NCBI GenBank assembly: GCA_008636045.1
Contig: SNRW01000007.1
Location: 1-49,897, forward strand
DNA from: Streblomastix strix
Lineage: Eukaryota
Direction: 5' to 3'
Length of the DNA: 49,897 nt
Shown: in pieces, positions 46,926 to 49,897 of the stretch
How the letters are laid out: every line of letters begins with the position of its first letter
Numbering within the stretch: position 1 is the stretch's first letter
The notes under the pieces: generated by a model
Databases searched by the model: none
Told to the model about the DNA's origin: nothing
Seen by the model: only the letters and a program-made list of their open reading frames with translations
Translations under genes and position numbers: made by a program

Positions 46926-48799
46926 ATGTTTTAATTAATTATTTTAAATAATATTAATTTTTTTTAATAATTTATTTATTTATCAAAGATTATATTTATT
47001 ATCTTTTATTTTATACCTATATATATAATGTTAACATAATATTTTTTTTAATTTTTCAGAATTCATGAAATTGCATGTTTATTAACATTTTTTTATTTAT
47101 CGAAATTTTTGAAATTGTTTATTTTATTCAAATTTTTAAAATAGTTAATTTTTATCTGGCCATTTAATAGATTTAAATAAACAACAACTTTGAATTATTT
47201 GATTGGTATTTTTCATCAATATTTTTTATTTCATTAAATATAACTTTATTATAAAATATGTGATAGTAATGCAATTATATTATTGATTTGTTCAATAATA
47301 TTATTCTTTATCAATATCATTTGTTCAAATGAATTTGGATCTTTATTCTACAAAATACATTATTCTTCTTTTTTAAGTTTTGGTTGAGGTATTCGTGGTC
47401 GAGGTCTATTCTTCTAATTTTGATATTGAATATGATGCTCGTGGAATTCTGATAGGTAAAACTATTCAATCCTTCTTCTTTGAATTTGTTATTTGTTGTT
47501 ATTTGGAATTTCTATTTTTAAATTTATTCAACGAATCTAATTTTTCAAATTTTTCAAATTTCTTGTTTTTGAAGGTAACACAAGAGAAACAATTCTCTCA
47601 GTCTCTTCGTTATCAGATGACTGTGGAAAACTCGTCGGAAGCAAGTATCAACGTTGGAAAAAAAAAGGAGACTGAAGTTCCTCCTGATAACTCTTCCACC
47701 TTACATTGAAAACTTTTACTTATTGACATTAAAAATTGATTTAATTCCAGTAAAATTTAATATTTTGATCATTTCTACAGTATGACTTATTTATTCAAAT
47801 AAGTATTTTAACTTCCAAGCATCCTTCATTTTGACTAATTCAAATTGCAATAAATACGCTTAGTCAATTTCTCTCAGTCTCTTCGTTCTTCATCTTTCTG
47901 TGAAGCTCGCATGCAGCGAGCATTCAGTCTATAGTTATACAATTTCCAAATGAGAACATCCTGCGATAGTGATCTTATTAAAAAAAAATTATATTAAAAA
48001 TATTATAATTCGAATTTATTAATAATAGTTTTATAATTAGTTTAGATAAAAAATACAGAACAATAAGAATTTCGAGTTTTCATTATATTTTGAGAACCTA
48101 AATGAATACTGATTTGAAAATTGCATTTAAAATAAGTAAAGGATTTTAAGTTTGAATTTTTTTACATTTTTAATTTAATAAATTTAAATATTAAAATAAT
48201 TCAATTTAATTTAAATAAAATATAAAAAATATTTAACTGGTTATTTTTAAATAATTTGAAATCTAACGTGTTGATTAAATTAAAAATATTTTTTTTTATA
48301 TTTATAATTCTAATAGTTTTAATGCAATTTTTTAAATAATAAAATAATTTTATTAGTAAAAACTCGTTGATATTAAAATATGCATAAAGTTTGGAATTTA
48401 TTAGGAGTTTTTAAGATAATTATAAATAAACAAAAAGTAGTTATATAAATGTAATGAACGATAATAAAACCAAAATGTCGATTATTGTGTTTATTAAATA
48501 CTTTAATTCAATATTCTTTTTTCATAATTTATTTTGCATCTATCTGAGTTTTGTGCAATATATAAAATAGCGCAAGTGCACTTGTTGTAAGTTTTCCTTG
48601 GTGTTTAGTTGCAATAATAATACAAAATACCCTCATTTTTCATTTTATGTGCTAATTATTATTATAAATACGTTTATTTTATTGTGTATGAACTAACATA
48701 GTTATGAATTTTTGAGAATATATATATCTATTATTTATAATTATAAATTTATTAAACGCACATTTGTAGTATTCAAATGAACCTTTAGTGATGTTTTTG

Positions 48800-49158
48800 G
48801 TTGAACAAAAGAGATTTGGACAAAAAGGTAATATCTACGTACCGAACGTTTTGCCAACAGTTTATGGTGTTCGGTTGCTAAATATGTAAATTCCGGTTAA
48901 TGGTACTTGGTTTCCAAACAATTTTTCTAATATCACTGGTGCCTGGTTTCCAAATAAGTTATCTAATGTTGTTGGAGCCTGGTTCCTAAATAAGTTTGCT
49001 CCTGTTGATGGTGCTTGGTAACTAAATATATAAACTCCTGTTAATGGTGCATGGTTTCCAAATGCCCAGCAGATGCTCGATGGTAGGCGAAACTTTGCGA
49101 ATTCTGACATTGTCGTCAATCTTGAGGTCTGGTGTGAGTGGTACGTTGAAATCTACAT
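48800..49158 (-). pseudogene. Short ORF with degenerate 12-aa LFGNQAPxTGxN repeats (FG-repeat-like)
   Basis: 36-bp periodic sequence giving AFGNHAPLTGVY IFSYQAPSTGAN LFRNQAPTTLDN LFGNQAPVILEK LFGNQVPLTGIY IFSNRTPQTVGK TFGT; 3' end unclear. Confidence 0.4.
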
Positions 49159-49845
49159 GTATGAAAACAGTCTGGCCTTTTATATCAGCGTTCGCGTACA
49201 GTAGCTAACGGTTAATTCGTACAATTGTTAATTCGTAAATATGGATAATTCGTAGTTTTAAAAAAAATTGAAATAAAGTTAAATTTTTAATTAAATTTCA
49301 TCGATTAATTTTTAAAATAAAATAAATAATTTGTGGATAAAATTTCAATATAAATTATAATTTTTAAATTATTAAAAAAAATTTCAAAAAAAATTTTTTT
49401 TAAAATAAAATAAATATTTTAAAAATTTATTAATATAAATTTTATTAAATAAATTGCAAAATTTTCAATATTTTTTTAAAAAATTTTCTTTACTTAATTT
49501 ATTAAAATTTAATTAATTAATAATATTTATTTTACAACTTTTTTGATATGTATTATCCATATTAATTTTTTTGATTATTAATTTTTAAAGAAATTATTAT
49601 TTAAATATTTATTAAATGATTTTTGAAAAATATATTATTAGCGATGAATAAATTTTATAAAATTAATATAGAAACGAATTATAAAAAAGAAATATATATA
49701 TATATTATCATCAATAAATTAATTGTTAATAAATGCGTTAATTTTCAACAGTTTTATTGCTTTGAATGGTAGTAGTTATGAGAATATGGAGAGTGCCCCA
49801 CATAGAAAAATAAAATAAATAATGTTAAATAAAATAATGATTATA

Positions 49846-49873
49846 AAATAATAATAATAAATAATAATAAATA
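49846..49873. repeat. (AAT)n microsatellite
   Basis: aataataataataataataataataaa near the window end. Confidence 0.7.
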
Positions 49874-49897
49874 AAAATATGATGTTTATTAATGTAA

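Noticed and set aside
47330..47975. Coding-like stretch including track ORF 47380-47709 and a ~19-bp direct repeat (ttctctcagtctcttcgtt at ~47593 and ~47869)
   Set aside because: The minus-strand frame I traced has several TGA and no recognisable motif; probably a decayed fragment that cannot be assigned.

Overview
Very AT-rich, intron-containing eukaryotic genomic DNA that reads TAA/TAG as Gln and uses only TGA as stop, which is why the supplied ORF track is fragmented. The code, intron density and gene families fit an oxymonad such as Streblomastix (inference). Bases ~2.8-13.4 kb are a cluster of mobile DNA with three parts: (1) a decayed DD34E Tc1/Tc3-like transposon with ~240-bp inverted repeats; (2) a ~7.15-kb TIR-bounded element apparently inserted at the end of that transposon's right repeat, encoding only a giant protein-primed-type family B DNA polymerase (with an HNH-like module between the exonuclease and polymerase motifs) and one divergent orphan ORF, with no recognisable integrase, capsid or ATPase; (3) an adjacent truncated, diverged relative of the same element. 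The rest holds host genes: a WDR43/UTP5-like gene, a 3xRRM + helical-domain gene, a cathepsin B-like protease, a coiled-coil/ARM-like gene, an ABCC transporter, a very large type-I membrane protein and small fragments. Three long lineage-specific genes each carry an in-frame TGA. All coordinates and translations were read by hand, and many exon boundaries are approximate.
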